DNA of 64,000 nt, taken from the IMG/VR virus record IMGVR_UViG_3300044655_002353, positions 26,029-90,028 of that record; one strand, written 5' to 3'. Below, one piece after another: positions 9,113-19,504 of the stretch. The notes under the pieces were generated by a model. The model saw only the letters and a program-made list of their open reading frames with translations, made no database searches and had not been told where the DNA came from. The DNA comes from a virus. Every line of letters begins with the position of its first letter. Positions within the stretch are counted from its first letter, which is position 1. Position numbers and translations under genes: made by a program.

Positions 9113-9811
9113 ATGAGTTCGTTATCGATGGATAAGTTTAGAGAATTGTTTTTAGGTCAATTTGAGCCTGACTATTCTCAATCATACTTTGGAGACAGTG
9201 AACCGAATGTCAGTAAGATGACATTTTCCTCAGGGATGAGGATTTCTGTCAAAACAATGTATGATAATTATGTGGGTACCGCTTTTAATAATTGGCAATA
9301 TAATGTTCCATCAAGAGTTCAACAAAAACAACTTATAACATTTGAAAAAGTTCGTGGTAATATTGATTCCTGTATTCCAGATAGTCAGAAGAACGAGTTT
9401 TATCGATTACTTTCTTCCGTGGATGGCGATGTGATTGTTGAAGGAAATCTAACTTCTTTTGAAGGCATTCCAAAGAAAATCAATGGAAGATTAGATTTAT
9501 CAAGATGTCAATCATTACATTCTTTATCTGGCATTGATAAGTACTTTGGTAAAGATGGCTTTATTGCTGAACGATTACCTTTACCAAGTACTCTTGGATA
9601 TGCAATTCTTGGAGTACTAAAAATACCAAAACTAATAGGAATTAGTTTCAATGATGAATTTGGTGTATCTGAAGTTGGCACTCCTAATGAACGAGTAAAT
9701 GCTTTACGAACTCTGTCAGATATTGTCAATAGTCATATGAAATCAAAAGATGTAATTACGTGTCAACGTGAACTTATTGAAAACGATTTTGACGAGTATG
9801 CTACTTTTTAG
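9113..9811 (+). CDS. Orphan member of the CQRELIE paralog family
   Basis: LTSFEGIPKKINGRLDLS LRR-like repeat, ILGVLKIPKL, C-terminus VITCQRELIENDFDEYATF; no N-terminal tag. Confidence 0.8.
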   Translation: MSSLSMDKFRELFLGQFEPDYSQSYFGDSEPNVSKMTFSSGMRISVKTMYDNYVGTAFNNWQYNVPSRVQQKQLITFEKVRGNIDSCIPDSQKNEFYRLLSSVDGDVIVEGNLTSFEGIPKKINGRLDLSRCQSLHSLSGIDKYFGKDGFIAERLPLPSTLGYAILGVLKIPKLIGISFNDEFGVSEVGTPNERVNALRTLSDIVNSHMKSKDVITCQRELIENDFDEYATF

Positions 9812-11322
9812 CCTAATAAGAAAGCAACATTTCCGCCACCTACGTTGTTGCCAACTTCAAAATCGTTCATCTGTCTCATAAGTTCTGTATACATGGTTTC
9901 TGACTTCTGGAGTAACATGTCACCATTTAATGTCAATCCACCACCTGCTCCAGGTAACGTACCAAACTTAGAACGGTTCATCCCTAACATCTCCCAGCAT
10001 TTCGCTAATGCCCAGTCGCGTATCCAATTCTTAGCCCATCTATCTGTCAATAACTCTTGCTCAGAACGTTCCATAAAGCATTCTAATACTACTTTCTCAT
10101 CTTTATAGATTTTGCGAAGTATATTAAATTCTCGCTTAGCTTCATTCCATTCAAATGGCCAATCTGCTGCAAAGATTTTACCATACTCTTCTGCAAGTTG
10201 TTGAGCTAAGTGAATTGAAAGAATATCAATCTGACTTCCATAGAAAAACTGATTGTAAAAGATTTGCGAATAGATACCATTATCTCCACCCAATACATTC
10301 AAACCGATAGTGCTAACACGATGAGCTTTATAGATGTCAACTATTCTATCAGTTCCAACTGTCGGGTCATTCATGTAATAAGCATTTTGTCCAGCTGTAA
10401 CAGTAAAGAAAATATGTCTTCTTTCATATGCATTATCAGCACGTCTTCTAAACTCAGATAGTGAAATGTCGATAGCAGTCTCAAAATTTTCTTCCTTCAA
10501 TTCGACACATACTGAAGGCCAACCAAGTTGTGCTTTCAATACATTGACCAATCGAACTCGTTCGTCTAACGAACCTGTCGTGCCGATTGGAACCTTATCA
10601 TATGAAGGGGTTCCCACTTGGTCAACGTTAGCTTGTATCCATTGAACCGCATTCCATACATATAAGATATGTGTGTTTAAGTTATAGAAGAACTCACCAG
10701 CAATTGGAGAGGTTGGAAAAGCATGACCTGTTTTGACTGTACCTGCACTTGCAGGTATCCATGCAGCACCGTTCCACATTGATACAGAATTTGACACAGG
10801 GTTATAGAAGACCTGTCCAACTGTTGGATTGAGTGGAGGTGTTGTTGATTGAGGAATTGAACCAGTATATCCATCAACATTATGTTCAGCTCGTGACCCA
10901 TCTAGTGCATATGATTTTGAACCAAATGGATAGTACTGAATGACATTAGTACATATATGAATAGATGCGTAATAGACTTCGTTAGGGTCAGCATTAGTAA
11001 TAGTAACCGATTGAGTAGTAAGAGGGTCTTGAAATATCCAATAATTTGCAGATACTACTTGAGCGCCACCTATTGTATCAGCTGCAACTAATAAGTCAGT
11101 TGAACTCGTGTAACGAACACCATCGACAGGTTGTTGAGCAACTTCTAATGGAGAGGTCGAAAGAAGAACGACTTGACCTTTATAAGCAATGGTTGATGTT
11201 GGAATTGTCCAAGACAATTGAACTGTCGTTGGAGTAGGGCGAGTTAAGGTAAGAGTGACTGCTCGCCCTTCAGCCCAAAGTTCAGCAGTTGAAAATTCGT
11301 TATTGTCATTGATTGTTGTCAT
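9808..11322 (-). CDS. Neck protein (T4 gp13-like) with N-terminal extension
   Basis: LKAQLGWPSVCVEL, WIRDWALAKCWEMLGMNRSKFGTLPGAGGGLTLNGD motifs typical of gp13 homologs. Confidence 0.8.
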   Translation of the reverse strand: MTTINDNNEFSTAELWAEGRAVTLTLTRPTPTTVQLSWTIPTSTIAYKGQVVLLSTSPLEVAQQPVDGVRYTSSTDLLVAADTIGGAQVVSANYWIFQDPLTTQSVTITNADPNEVYYASIHICTNVIQYYPFGSKSYALDGSRAEHNVDGYTGSIPQSTTPPLNPTVGQVFYNPVSNSVSMWNGAAWIPASAGTVKTGHAFPTSPIAGEFFYNLNTHILYVWNAVQWIQANVDQVGTPSYDKVPIGTTGSLDERVRLVNVLKAQLGWPSVCVELKEENFETAIDISLSEFRRRADNAYERRHIFFTVTAGQNAYYMNDPTVGTDRIVDIYKAHRVSTIGLNVLGGDNGIYSQIFYNQFFYGSQIDILSIHLAQQLAEEYGKIFAADWPFEWNEAKREFNILRKIYKDEKVVLECFMERSEQELLTDRWAKNWIRDWALAKCWEMLGMNRSKFGTLPGAGGGLTLNGDMLLQKSETMYTELMRQMNDFEVGNNVGGGNVAFLLG

Positions 11323-11424
11323 ATGAGTAATATGTCCACGATAAAGTTATTGGATGATACGTATAAACTATTTATCAATAAATAACTTATCACTATAATC
11401 TAACTTATATCGGTTTGTACTCTC

Positions 11425-12609
11425 ATGAAAATATTTGAACTCTTTTCTTCTACTAATAAAGTTATTATAGAAGAAGATAATTTCTTTGAACTTCTATTTG
11501 AAGATTTGAAGAATCTTTCTTTCATTGAACCTGATTTACTAAAGGTTCTAAAAACTTCACTTGAATATGAAAGAGGACGATATTATGGCGGAAGCGTTAA
11601 TTATTCTCGTACTACTAAACATAAGTTCCCGTCGTTCTTAGGACAATATGCAAAGATAGATGAAGTTCCAAACGCTAAAAGTGCAGCTGAACTGCATCGT
11701 CTAATTAAAGATGATGAAACTGTCAAGGGCGTAGTAATACTATTTGATGATAGACAAGTGCTATCGCTTTTGAAACTTCCACCTCATCCTGGACATGACA
11801 ACAAAGAACTTTACATTTGGGCATGTTCTTGGCAAAACTTTTTCAAAGATGACCATGATTTGATGAATCAATCTTCTGAAATTATGGCTGCCTTCAAGAA
11901 AGCGGAACTTGAAGACCTCAAAACATCTGAAGGTTCAGAAGGAAAACTATATAAAGCACTTATTGCATTAATGAAAGGTCAAAAAGAAATTTATGGTAAA
12001 ACAGGTTCAATCAAAGTAAAAGTTATCAGAAGCGATGAAGAACGAACTGCCCTAAATGCTCGACGCAAAAAAGCTCGTGAGATTGATGCTAAGTATGCTC
12101 ATTTAATAACTCCGCCTAAAGAAGATTTATCTACTGAAAAAGGTATGAGAAATTGGATAAGCATGATGAAAGCTAAGTTGAACGCTCGTTTAGATACTTA
12201 CAAAGAACATAAAGCTCCAGCAGCAGATACTCCAGAAGAATTTCTTGACTTAATAAAGAATGAAGGGTTCTTGGACAAAATCAAAATTAATGGTCTTCCG
12301 TACATATTGAAGTACAACCGTTTAGACTTTGATTACCTTCGTGCTAAACAAGTTGCTGAACATAATCGTAGTCACATTGAATACCAGTTAGACTCACAGA
12401 GTAATGAGTATCATAACTATTGGAAAGCATTAAGTGAATATCGCAAAAATATTAGAAACGAATACCCTAATGATGAAGAAGCTTTAGAAGTTGCAATGGA
12501 AAAGTTTAGGGTTCCTTCCGCAATTAAAGTTTATATGAAACTTGACAAATCTTCAATCGTGGTCGATTCAATCAACATTGAGAGCTTCAATAAATGGAAT
12601 GCCAAATAA
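11425..12609 (+). CDS. Hypothetical protein, possible internal head protein
   Basis: 394-aa ORF; N-terminus MKIFELF...IIEE resembles the tag of the downstream family. Confidence 0.55.
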   Translation: MKIFELFSSTNKVIIEEDNFFELLFEDLKNLSFIEPDLLKVLKTSLEYERGRYYGGSVNYSRTTKHKFPSFLGQYAKIDEVPNAKSAAELHRLIKDDETVKGVVILFDDRQVLSLLKLPPHPGHDNKELYIWACSWQNFFKDDHDLMNQSSEIMAAFKKAELEDLKTSEGSEGKLYKALIALMKGQKEIYGKTGSIKVKVIRSDEERTALNARRKKAREIDAKYAHLITPPKEDLSTEKGMRNWISMMKAKLNARLDTYKEHKAPAADTPEEFLDLIKNEGFLDKIKINGLPYILKYNRLDFDYLRAKQVAEHNRSHIEYQLDSQSNEYHNYWKALSEYRKNIRNEYPNDEEALEVAMEKFRVPSAIKVYMKLDKSSIVVDSINIESFNKWNAK

Positions 12610-12806
12610 CAATTTCTGGTTACGAACCCTTCCTGTTCATGCCTGGTATGACCATTGAAGCAGCTATTCGTTATAAGAATAAGTACATTCATGGCGAAAT
12701 CTTGAAGCAGCTAATGGACAAGTTCAATGAAGTCAATGGCTTACGAGTTCCTAAAGCAGGTGAAAGCTTTTTGATTCCTGTAATGGAGGAAGGGCCAGGT
12801 GTCTAA
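12594..12806 (+). CDS. Small hypothetical protein (possibly degenerate LysM-like)
   Basis: Overlaps both neighbours; ..FNEVNGLRVPKAGESFLIP ending resembles the LysM C-terminus. Confidence 0.4.
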   Translation: MECQITISGYEPFLFMPGMTIEAAIRYKNKYIHGEILKQLMDKFNEVNGLRVPKAGESFLIPVMEEGPGV

Positions 12807-13437
12807 TACTTTCAAACAATACTTACTAAAAGAAGAACGCGAATCGACTTTCTATACTAAGAAGTCTCAAATCAATGCTTGGATGAAAGCTCATGGCATT
12901 GGTCAGGGGAATTATGAAATTCATAAAGATATGAGTATCACATGTCATTGGAGTTTATCAATTTCTGGAAGTGATTTGGTCTGGTACAAAGGGAAGCAGT
13001 GTGTATTGCCAATCAACTTTAGAGAATGTACTAAAGATGTTCATGTATTAGCAAATGATATGATTGACTTGAAAGGGGTACCAAAATTTGTGGGTGGACA
13101 GTTCAATGTAAAGGGTAAGAACATTACTTCAGTTGAATACTTACCTGAAGAAGCTGAAGATATCTATCTGCATAATACAGGTATTATCAATTTCAAAGGT
13201 ATTGAAAAAGTGGTCAAAAAAGTCTATTCAATTTCAATACCTGAAGAAACTAAAGGGTTACTAAGCTTTGTTAAGATACAAAACCTAATGAAGGTTTCGC
13301 CATTATCAACTGCTTCTGACGAACTAAAGGAAGCATGCAAAATTGTAACTAAATATTGTGAAGCAAATCGACATGATGCTATTGCTTGTCAACGTAAACT
13401 TATTGAAAGCGACTTGGACGAATATGCAGAGTTTTAA
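12799..13437 (+). CDS. CQRELIE family member A1
   Basis: GTG start with GGAGG upstream; TFKQYLLKEE; ends AIACQRKLIESDLDEYAEF. Confidence 0.85.
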   Translation: MSNTFKQYLLKEERESTFYTKKSQINAWMKAHGIGQGNYEIHKDMSITCHWSLSISGSDLVWYKGKQCVLPINFRECTKDVHVLANDMIDLKGVPKFVGGQFNVKGKNITSVEYLPEEAEDIYLHNTGIINFKGIEKVVKKVYSISIPEETKGLLSFVKIQNLMKVSPLSTASDELKEACKIVTKYCEANRHDAIACQRKLIESDLDEYAEF

Positions 13438-14095
13438 AGAATACTTACAAGAAGTAGAAACTGATTCAAATATTCAACTTGGGATGTTTGTTGAAACTAA
13501 AGTCAAAATTGAATATTCTCCATATTCTTTAGAATCTGAGCTTAAAAATTTGATAATAAAAGTAGCAAAAAAGAAAGGTTATGATATTTCAAGTTATCTC
13601 AGTACTACTTATGGAATTGATTTGAAGTTTAAGATAACAAAACAAATCCAGTGTCAAGCAGAAACTATTCAAAAGTTACGTGATACTATTAGTTCAACTG
13701 TGAATGAGTTTTTTACGACTAAGATTTCACCTGAATTACAAGTAAAATTTTCTACAGCTGAGTTATCTTGTTTTGGATTTCCAAATTTTAAGCTAAGTAT
13801 AAATGATGGTAACATTTCATATTGGTGTGAAGAAGGTCAATCGATTTCTAACTTAGATAAAGTTATTCTAAAGTGTGATGAGTTCAGACTTTATAAAGCA
13901 AATATGATAAAAGGGGGAATACTTAGTTTGCTCAAACTAAAAATGCCAGTCAATATTATTGGCGCAGGTCCTTTTGGAAGTAATAGCCCACGATGGTATT
14001 CAATTGTCAATCCTTATTTGCAAGGCAATAGAAATGCTATTGCTTGCCAACGAGAACTCATTGAAAAAGACTTAGACGAATATGCGGAGTTTTAA
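13424..14095 (+). CDS. CQRELIE family member A2
   Basis: Start reassigned to MQSFKEYLQE inside the junction repeat; conserved C-terminus. Confidence 0.85.
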   Translation: MQSFKEYLQEVETDSNIQLGMFVETKVKIEYSPYSLESELKNLIIKVAKKKGYDISSYLSTTYGIDLKFKITKQIQCQAETIQKLRDTISSTVNEFFTTKISPELQVKFSTAELSCFGFPNFKLSINDGNISYWCEEGQSISNLDKVILKCDEFRLYKANMIKGGILSLLKLKMPVNIIGAGPFGSNSPRWYSIVNPYLQGNRNAIACQRELIEKDLDEYAEF

Positions 14096-14768
14096 AGAAT
14101 ACTTAGCAGAAGGCAATGATCATTGGGTAGAACCAATTCGCCCATTGCTTCTTCAAATAAAAGTACGTGGAGATGATTACATTTCTCCAAAGTATAATAG
14201 AGAACAGCTTTTTCAGCGAAACAATATAATTATTCGTGAATTATCTGAACTCTGTGAAAAAGCAAATCTTCCTAAAGTAAAAGAAGTCTATCATTTTGGA
14301 GTTGATAGAGTAACGTTTCATTTAGTTCTTGAACCCCATACTCATTATACTAAACCGCAACTTGATACTATAGCAACAAAGTTTATCAAGTTAGCAGATA
14401 AGTATGAAATTTATAAGAATGACTTTGAACCAGTATCTTCTGAAATGCCAGTAGTTATCTTAGAAGATAACTTTGATAAAACGACTACAGTTGAAGTCAA
14501 TCACGTTATCATTGAAGAAAGTGTCAAATCCTTACAAGATATACATAAAGTCATATTATCTGCTAAACAGATTTCTATGGGTGACTCTTCTAATATAACA
14601 CAAAATGTATTAGGATTACTAAAGATAAAGAATGCTATAACATTATATGCTTCAGCTAAAGTTCAATGGTTTAACATTGTAAAGGAATATTTCGATACAG
14701 GAAAAGACTTTATAGCTTGCCAACGAAAACTAATTGAACTTGACTTGGACGATTATGCAGAGCTTTAA
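14082..14768 (+). CDS. CQRELIE family member A3
   Basis: MRSFKEYLAE ... FIACQRKLIELDLDDYAEL. Confidence 0.85.
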   Translation: MRSFKEYLAEGNDHWVEPIRPLLLQIKVRGDDYISPKYNREQLFQRNNIIIRELSELCEKANLPKVKEVYHFGVDRVTFHLVLEPHTHYTKPQLDTIATKFIKLADKYEIYKNDFEPVSSEMPVVILEDNFDKTTTVEVNHVIIEESVKSLQDIHKVILSAKQISMGDSSNITQNVLGLLKIKNAITLYASAKVQWFNIVKEYFDTGKDFIACQRKLIELDLDDYAEL

Positions 14769-15423
14769 GCAATACTTATCTGAAGCTTCTAATCCGGATG
14801 ATAAACAAATCCGTGAAATGATTGGAAAGTATAAGAGTGGAGAACTTGGCAGATGTAGGTTTCCGAATAAATTTCCACGACATGCAGTTAAGAATGGAAA
14901 AATCTATTTGAAGAAACCTTTAATTATTGAGCATTGCATGTTTGATGACAATGATGAATTACTATTTCCAATTGCAGAAGCTCTTCGATTAGTAATATGG
15001 AATGTTCCTAAGACGTTCAAGAACTTTCCTGAAATAGTTGGCGAAGGTGGTATTGAATTTTCTACAGGTAACCAAATACAATCTCTTGATGGATTTCCAT
15101 CAGATATTAGTAATAGACTTGATACATCAAGAATTAGAAACTTTGATTTTACAAATTTCAATAAGTATGTCAAAAGACTTGATGGATGGTTAATAACTAG
15201 TGCTTTATATGAAGGGCCCTTATTATCATTACTAAAAATTAGAGACTTGAAGCATGTAGGATTTATTGACCACCATTCTGGTAAATCTCAAGATGAAGTA
15301 AAAATTAAAGTGAATTTAAGAAATGCTTGTAATATTATCAACAAATATTTACCACTTGGAAATTTTATTGAATGCCAACGAGAACTTATTGAAAACGACC
15401 TGGACGAATACGCAGAACTATGA
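14755..15423 (+). CDS. CQRELIE family member A4 (LRR-like)
   Basis: Start reassigned to MQSFKQYLSE; TFKNFPE/SLDGFP repeats; conserved C-terminus. Confidence 0.85.
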   Translation: MQSFKQYLSEASNPDDKQIREMIGKYKSGELGRCRFPNKFPRHAVKNGKIYLKKPLIIEHCMFDDNDELLFPIAEALRLVIWNVPKTFKNFPEIVGEGGIEFSTGNQIQSLDGFPSDISNRLDTSRIRNFDFTNFNKYVKRLDGWLITSALYEGPLLSLLKIRDLKHVGFIDHHSGKSQDEVKIKVNLRNACNIINKYLPLGNFIECQRELIENDLDEYAEL

Positions 15424-16097
15424 AAATCTCTGAACTACTAACTGAAGAAACTGCCGAAGATAAAGCTGTACGACTCGAAATAAATGCGATTCGTAAAGGT
15501 AAGTATGCATCACATCCGATGCCAGTCAGCTTTGGGAAATTTAGCGTTGTTAATAGTATGGTATCAATTGATGGACGTTGGAACTTAAAGAATACTCTTA
15601 TTCCTAAAGATGGACCTGATGCCGGTAAGCTAACTTTCAAAATGATAAAGTGTGGTCAGATTGAATTGGGTGCCAATAGATTATCATCATTTGAAGGATT
15701 TCCACCAGATGTATCATTCACCGGCGATAAGATGTATGGAAGAACTGCTATCGTGACTACCTGTGCGCATCCACTTCTAACAAAGTTAGATGGCATTTCA
15801 AAACGAATTGATGGAAACCTTGGATTAGGCTTGTGTCATAATCTTGATTGGTCTAATGCTCACAAACATTTTGAATACATAGATGGCACTTTAACAATTT
15901 CTAATCAATGGAAAGGTGGTGTCTTATGGGCATTAAAGATTCCAAAACTTCAAGCTTTGTTTTTTGGCCAATGTTCAAGCGAACACCGAGATGTTCAAGT
16001 AATTATTAGCAAATACTTAAGGTCAGAGTCAAAAGATATTGTAGCTTGTCAACGTGAACTTATCGAAAAGGATTTAGACGAATATGCAGAGTTTTAA
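15420..16097 (+). CDS. CQRELIE family member A5 (LRR-like)
   Basis: MKISELLTEE ... IVACQRELIEKDLDEYAEF. Confidence 0.85.
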   Translation: MKISELLTEETAEDKAVRLEINAIRKGKYASHPMPVSFGKFSVVNSMVSIDGRWNLKNTLIPKDGPDAGKLTFKMIKCGQIELGANRLSSFEGFPPDVSFTGDKMYGRTAIVTTCAHPLLTKLDGISKRIDGNLGLGLCHNLDWSNAHKHFEYIDGTLTISNQWKGGVLWALKIPKLQALFFGQCSSEHRDVQVIISKYLRSESKDIVACQRELIEKDLDEYAEF

Positions 16098-16788
16098 AGA
16101 ATTCTTATTGAAAGAAGAAATTATTAATCATGAACTTCCCACTAACGCGTACATTGATATTAGCACTGGTATCTTTACGTCTGAGGTTGAGCAATGGATT
16201 ACTGACGGTGATGGTGACGATAATCCACATATTACTTTCGAAAAATGGATAACATCTCATCTTCAAGATTACTTTGGACATAATGAAGTTGAAGCTTTTT
16301 TCGGAGCTGATGAAATGCTTATTACATATGAACTAGATGAGACTAACTTACATGCTAATCATGTTAGAGAAATACGTAAAAAATGCACTGAAATAGTTGA
16401 TGAGCTTTTAGGAACCGATATATTTCACCGTGATGAAGACAATACATACATATCTTTTAGAGAACAACTTGGTCCAAATGTTTATACTGATTGGCCATAT
16501 ATCGAATTTTACTTAGATCATTCTCCTTCAATATCTCTAAAAGATATTCATAAGAAAATGCCTCATTGCAAAAAAATTATTTTCTATAATGCGATTAATA
16601 AAATAAATTCTAATGTATTAGGATTATTAAAGTTAAAAGAATTGAAGCATATTACAATTTGGCCACGTTCTCAAAAGATACCTCCTTGGTATGAAATTGT
16701 AATGAAACATTTCGACGCCGATAAAAACTTCATCGCGTGTCAACGTGAACTAATTGAAAAAGATTTAGACGAGTATGCGGAGTTATAA
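16084..16788 (+). CDS. CQRELIE family member A6
   Basis: MQSFKEFLLKEE ... FIACQRELIEKDLDEYAEL. Confidence 0.85.
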   Translation: MQSFKEFLLKEEIINHELPTNAYIDISTGIFTSEVEQWITDGDGDDNPHITFEKWITSHLQDYFGHNEVEAFFGADEMLITYELDETNLHANHVREIRKKCTEIVDELLGTDIFHRDEDNTYISFREQLGPNVYTDWPYIEFYLDHSPSISLKDIHKKMPHCKKIIFYNAINKINSNVLGLLKLKELKHITIWPRSQKIPPWYEIVMKHFDADKNFIACQRELIEKDLDEYAEL

Positions 16789-17437
16789 CATGTCAAATGG
16801 CGCACAAAGAATTACCTATTATGTTTATTGTAAGGTTCCCGGTAACCTACCAAATTCTTCATTACCCTCGACTTCAGAAACAATAGAAAATGCAATCGGC
16901 AATCTGTTACATAATCAATTTGAGAATAGAATAGTTTCTATAGAATACCGAGATAAAGAATTTGCTTTTAAAGTACCAATCACAAATGCAACTGAAGGTA
17001 GTACAGAAGGTATTAGTGCTTTTGACAAAAAACTGCTTGGTCTGCTAAATAACTATTACAAAGATATTATTACTAAACCCTTGAAGTTAAAAGAACAGTT
17101 TGTAAGTATCTTTAATATCATACCCCCATTTAAAATTGAGCATCCTAAGGTGGCTCTTAACTTTACAGTAAATGGTGGTGCTGAAGTATCTTTACATGAT
17201 ATTCATAAAGCTATAAATCCTAAAGATTTGGCTTTATACGTAAGTGCCGCGGTTAAAGTCACTGGGCAAGTATTAGGATTGTTGAAAATGACAAATCTTC
17301 AAAATCTTGAATGGGCAATGAGTAATGAACCAGAATGGTTTAAGATTGTTCATAGACATTTTGAAAATAATAACGATATTATTGAATGCCAACGCGAACT
17401 TATTATAAAGGATTTAGACGAGTATGCAGAGCTTTAA
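16775..17437 (+). CDS. CQRELIE family member A7 (N-terminal tag degenerate)
   Basis: MRSYNMSNG ... IIECQRELIIKDLDEYAEL. Confidence 0.8.
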   Translation: MRSYNMSNGAQRITYYVYCKVPGNLPNSSLPSTSETIENAIGNLLHNQFENRIVSIEYRDKEFAFKVPITNATEGSTEGISAFDKKLLGLLNNYYKDIITKPLKLKEQFVSIFNIIPPFKIEHPKVALNFTVNGGAEVSLHDIHKAINPKDLALYVSAAVKVTGQVLGLLKMTNLQNLEWAMSNEPEWFKIVHRHFENNNDIIECQRELIIKDLDEYAEL

Positions 17438-18092
17438 ACAATACTTACTAAAAGAAAATGAATCTCCATTTGTTTTCCCATGGCTTGTCTTAGAACTAGA
17501 GAACAAAGAAACTTTTGGCGAAGCTATGGGAAATCATAGAAATCGCGATGCTTTTGATAATGAAGTTGAAAAGTTTGTCAACGATCTTAAAAGTCATTTA
17601 GGTATGAAAGATATTGATTGGGGTTTCAATAGAGATGACAATCTACAAGTTGAAATTAAACTAAGCAATCGACATTATGTACAAGATGAGTTAGAAGAAA
17701 TAGCGACTGAAGCAGCGAATTTTTCTAATCGTGAGCTAAGCGGTGGATTGACACTAGATGAAGTCAATCCAAGTGTATGGTTCTTTGGTCCGGTCAATCC
17801 TAATACTATCATACATTATCCAGTCATAGTATTTGATTTGAAACGTAATAAAAGTATCTCACTTAGCAACTTTGACAAACATTTCCCTGATACTCAAGTG
17901 TTCAGGTTTGAACATATAGTAGGAGAAGTCACTAACGTGTTGAGTATGTTGAAGATAAAATCATTACATTCAGTATTAGGAAAAAATGAACACTGGATTG
18001 AAATACTAAATAAATATGCAAAATCCCATGACACTATTGCTGCCCAACGCGAACTAATTGAAAACGACCTGGACGAATATGCAGAATTTTAA
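17424..18092 (+). CDS. CQRELIE family member A8
   Basis: MQSFKQYLLKE ... TIAAQRELIENDLDEYAEF. Confidence 0.85.
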   Translation: MQSFKQYLLKENESPFVFPWLVLELENKETFGEAMGNHRNRDAFDNEVEKFVNDLKSHLGMKDIDWGFNRDDNLQVEIKLSNRHYVQDELEEIATEAANFSNRELSGGLTLDEVNPSVWFFGPVNPNTIIHYPVIVFDLKRNKSISLSNFDKHFPDTQVFRFEHIVGEVTNVLSMLKIKSLHSVLGKNEHWIEILNKYAKSHDTIAAQRELIENDLDEYAEF

Positions 18093-18873
18093 GAACTTTA
18101 TTGCTGAAGCTAAGCAAACGAACTTGGCACCTTGGCACCCAACAACTCCAGAAGCAACTAAGGAAGTACTTCATGAGTTTTATCTTGAACATTATGGAAA
18201 TAAATATTTGCCAACTACATTCGTATTCCTAAAGAATGGAAGTATTTCTGTTCGAGGAGAGCAATTCTTCGCTATTCGTGAAATCGGACCTGTTGATAAT
18301 GGTGAAGTTGGACTACTTGTAAAGTATAACAATATCAATTGCCCAGGTAGAGTTAGTATAAAAGATTTCAATACTAGGAAATTGACTACATTAGAATATG
18401 GACCTAATAAAGTCGGAATGAGTTTAAACATACAACTTTCACAAATTACTTCATTCAAAGGATTTGCATGTGAAGTTAAAGAGGCATTGATATTGACCGA
18501 TTGTCTAAAGTTGAAAGAATGGGGTCAAGGATGTCAAATTACATGTCATAGATTAGTGCTTGACTACGAATTTGACTATGAATTGTTTAGAACTATCGGA
18601 CAACATTTCAAAATAGTAAATAACATAACATTGTCTAATGCCGCAGCAAAAACTTTAGTTGGAAAAGGATTACTTAGTATATTCAAAATTAAAAAGCCTA
18701 CACGAAATATGTTTGGTATTCAACTTTACTTTTCTGATAAAACTAAAGTAAACGAAGAATTAGTTGAAGCAACTAGAATAGTCAATACATACTTAGCGTC
18801 AAACAACCCTGATATTATTGGATGCCAACGTAAACTAATAGAAAACGACTTGGACGAATATGCAGAGTTTTAA
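18079..18873 (+). CDS. CQRELIE family member A9 (LRR-like)
   Basis: Start reassigned to MQNFKNFIAE; NLAPWH motif; conserved C-terminus. Confidence 0.85.
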   Translation: MQNFKNFIAEAKQTNLAPWHPTTPEATKEVLHEFYLEHYGNKYLPTTFVFLKNGSISVRGEQFFAIREIGPVDNGEVGLLVKYNNINCPGRVSIKDFNTRKLTTLEYGPNKVGMSLNIQLSQITSFKGFACEVKEALILTDCLKLKEWGQGCQITCHRLVLDYEFDYELFRTIGQHFKIVNNITLSNAAAKTLVGKGLLSIFKIKKPTRNMFGIQLYFSDKTKVNEELVEATRIVNTYLASNNPDIIGCQRKLIENDLDEYAEF

Positions 18874-19504
18874 AGAATACTTATTAGAAAGTGCTGGACA
18901 CTTACCAATTGTCAATGTACAAATTGACTTTGCTGGTCCTATTTCTGTCGGCAAACGTAAAACTCTAGTATTCCTAATTACAAAATTTATCAAGGAAGAA
19001 TACAACCTTTCTAATACAATAGAGTTCACTTCTATTTTTGATTCAATAATTGTCAAAATACACGATGTTCCGCAACATCTTTTTGAAACTGTTGATTTCT
19101 TAGGTGATATACATGACATAGTTACTGACCACTTTGAACCTGTTGACGCTTACAGTCATATTGAATGTCATTGGCCACCTGCTTTCAAGATGGTCATTCA
19201 AAATCATTTGACTACTATCTATACTAACCAAGAGTCTGTTAAAGGTATCGAAAAACTAATAGAAGGTTCAAGTGCATTTCAATTGGACATTCGTTTTGAA
19301 GCACCGGCTAAATCAATTGGAATACTATCGCTTCTAAAAGTAAAAGGTTTTGATAGCATCATGATAAATGGTCCAGATGAATTACTTAGCGACCTTAAAA
19401 TTGTTAATGACATTTTACATAAATACTATAATGGGAGTAAAGATACTATTGGCTTTCAACGAGAACTAATTGAACGTGACTTAGACGAATATGCAGAATT
19501 TTAA
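18860..19504 (+). CDS. CQRELIE family member A10
   Basis: MQSFKEYLLE ... TIGFQRELIERDLDEYAEF. Confidence 0.85.
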   Translation: MQSFKEYLLESAGHLPIVNVQIDFAGPISVGKRKTLVFLITKFIKEEYNLSNTIEFTSIFDSIIVKIHDVPQHLFETVDFLGDIHDIVTDHFEPVDAYSHIECHWPPAFKMVIQNHLTTIYTNQESVKGIEKLIEGSSAFQLDIRFEAPAKSIGILSLLKVKGFDSIMINGPDELLSDLKIVNDILHKYYNGSKDTIGFQRELIERDLDEYAEF

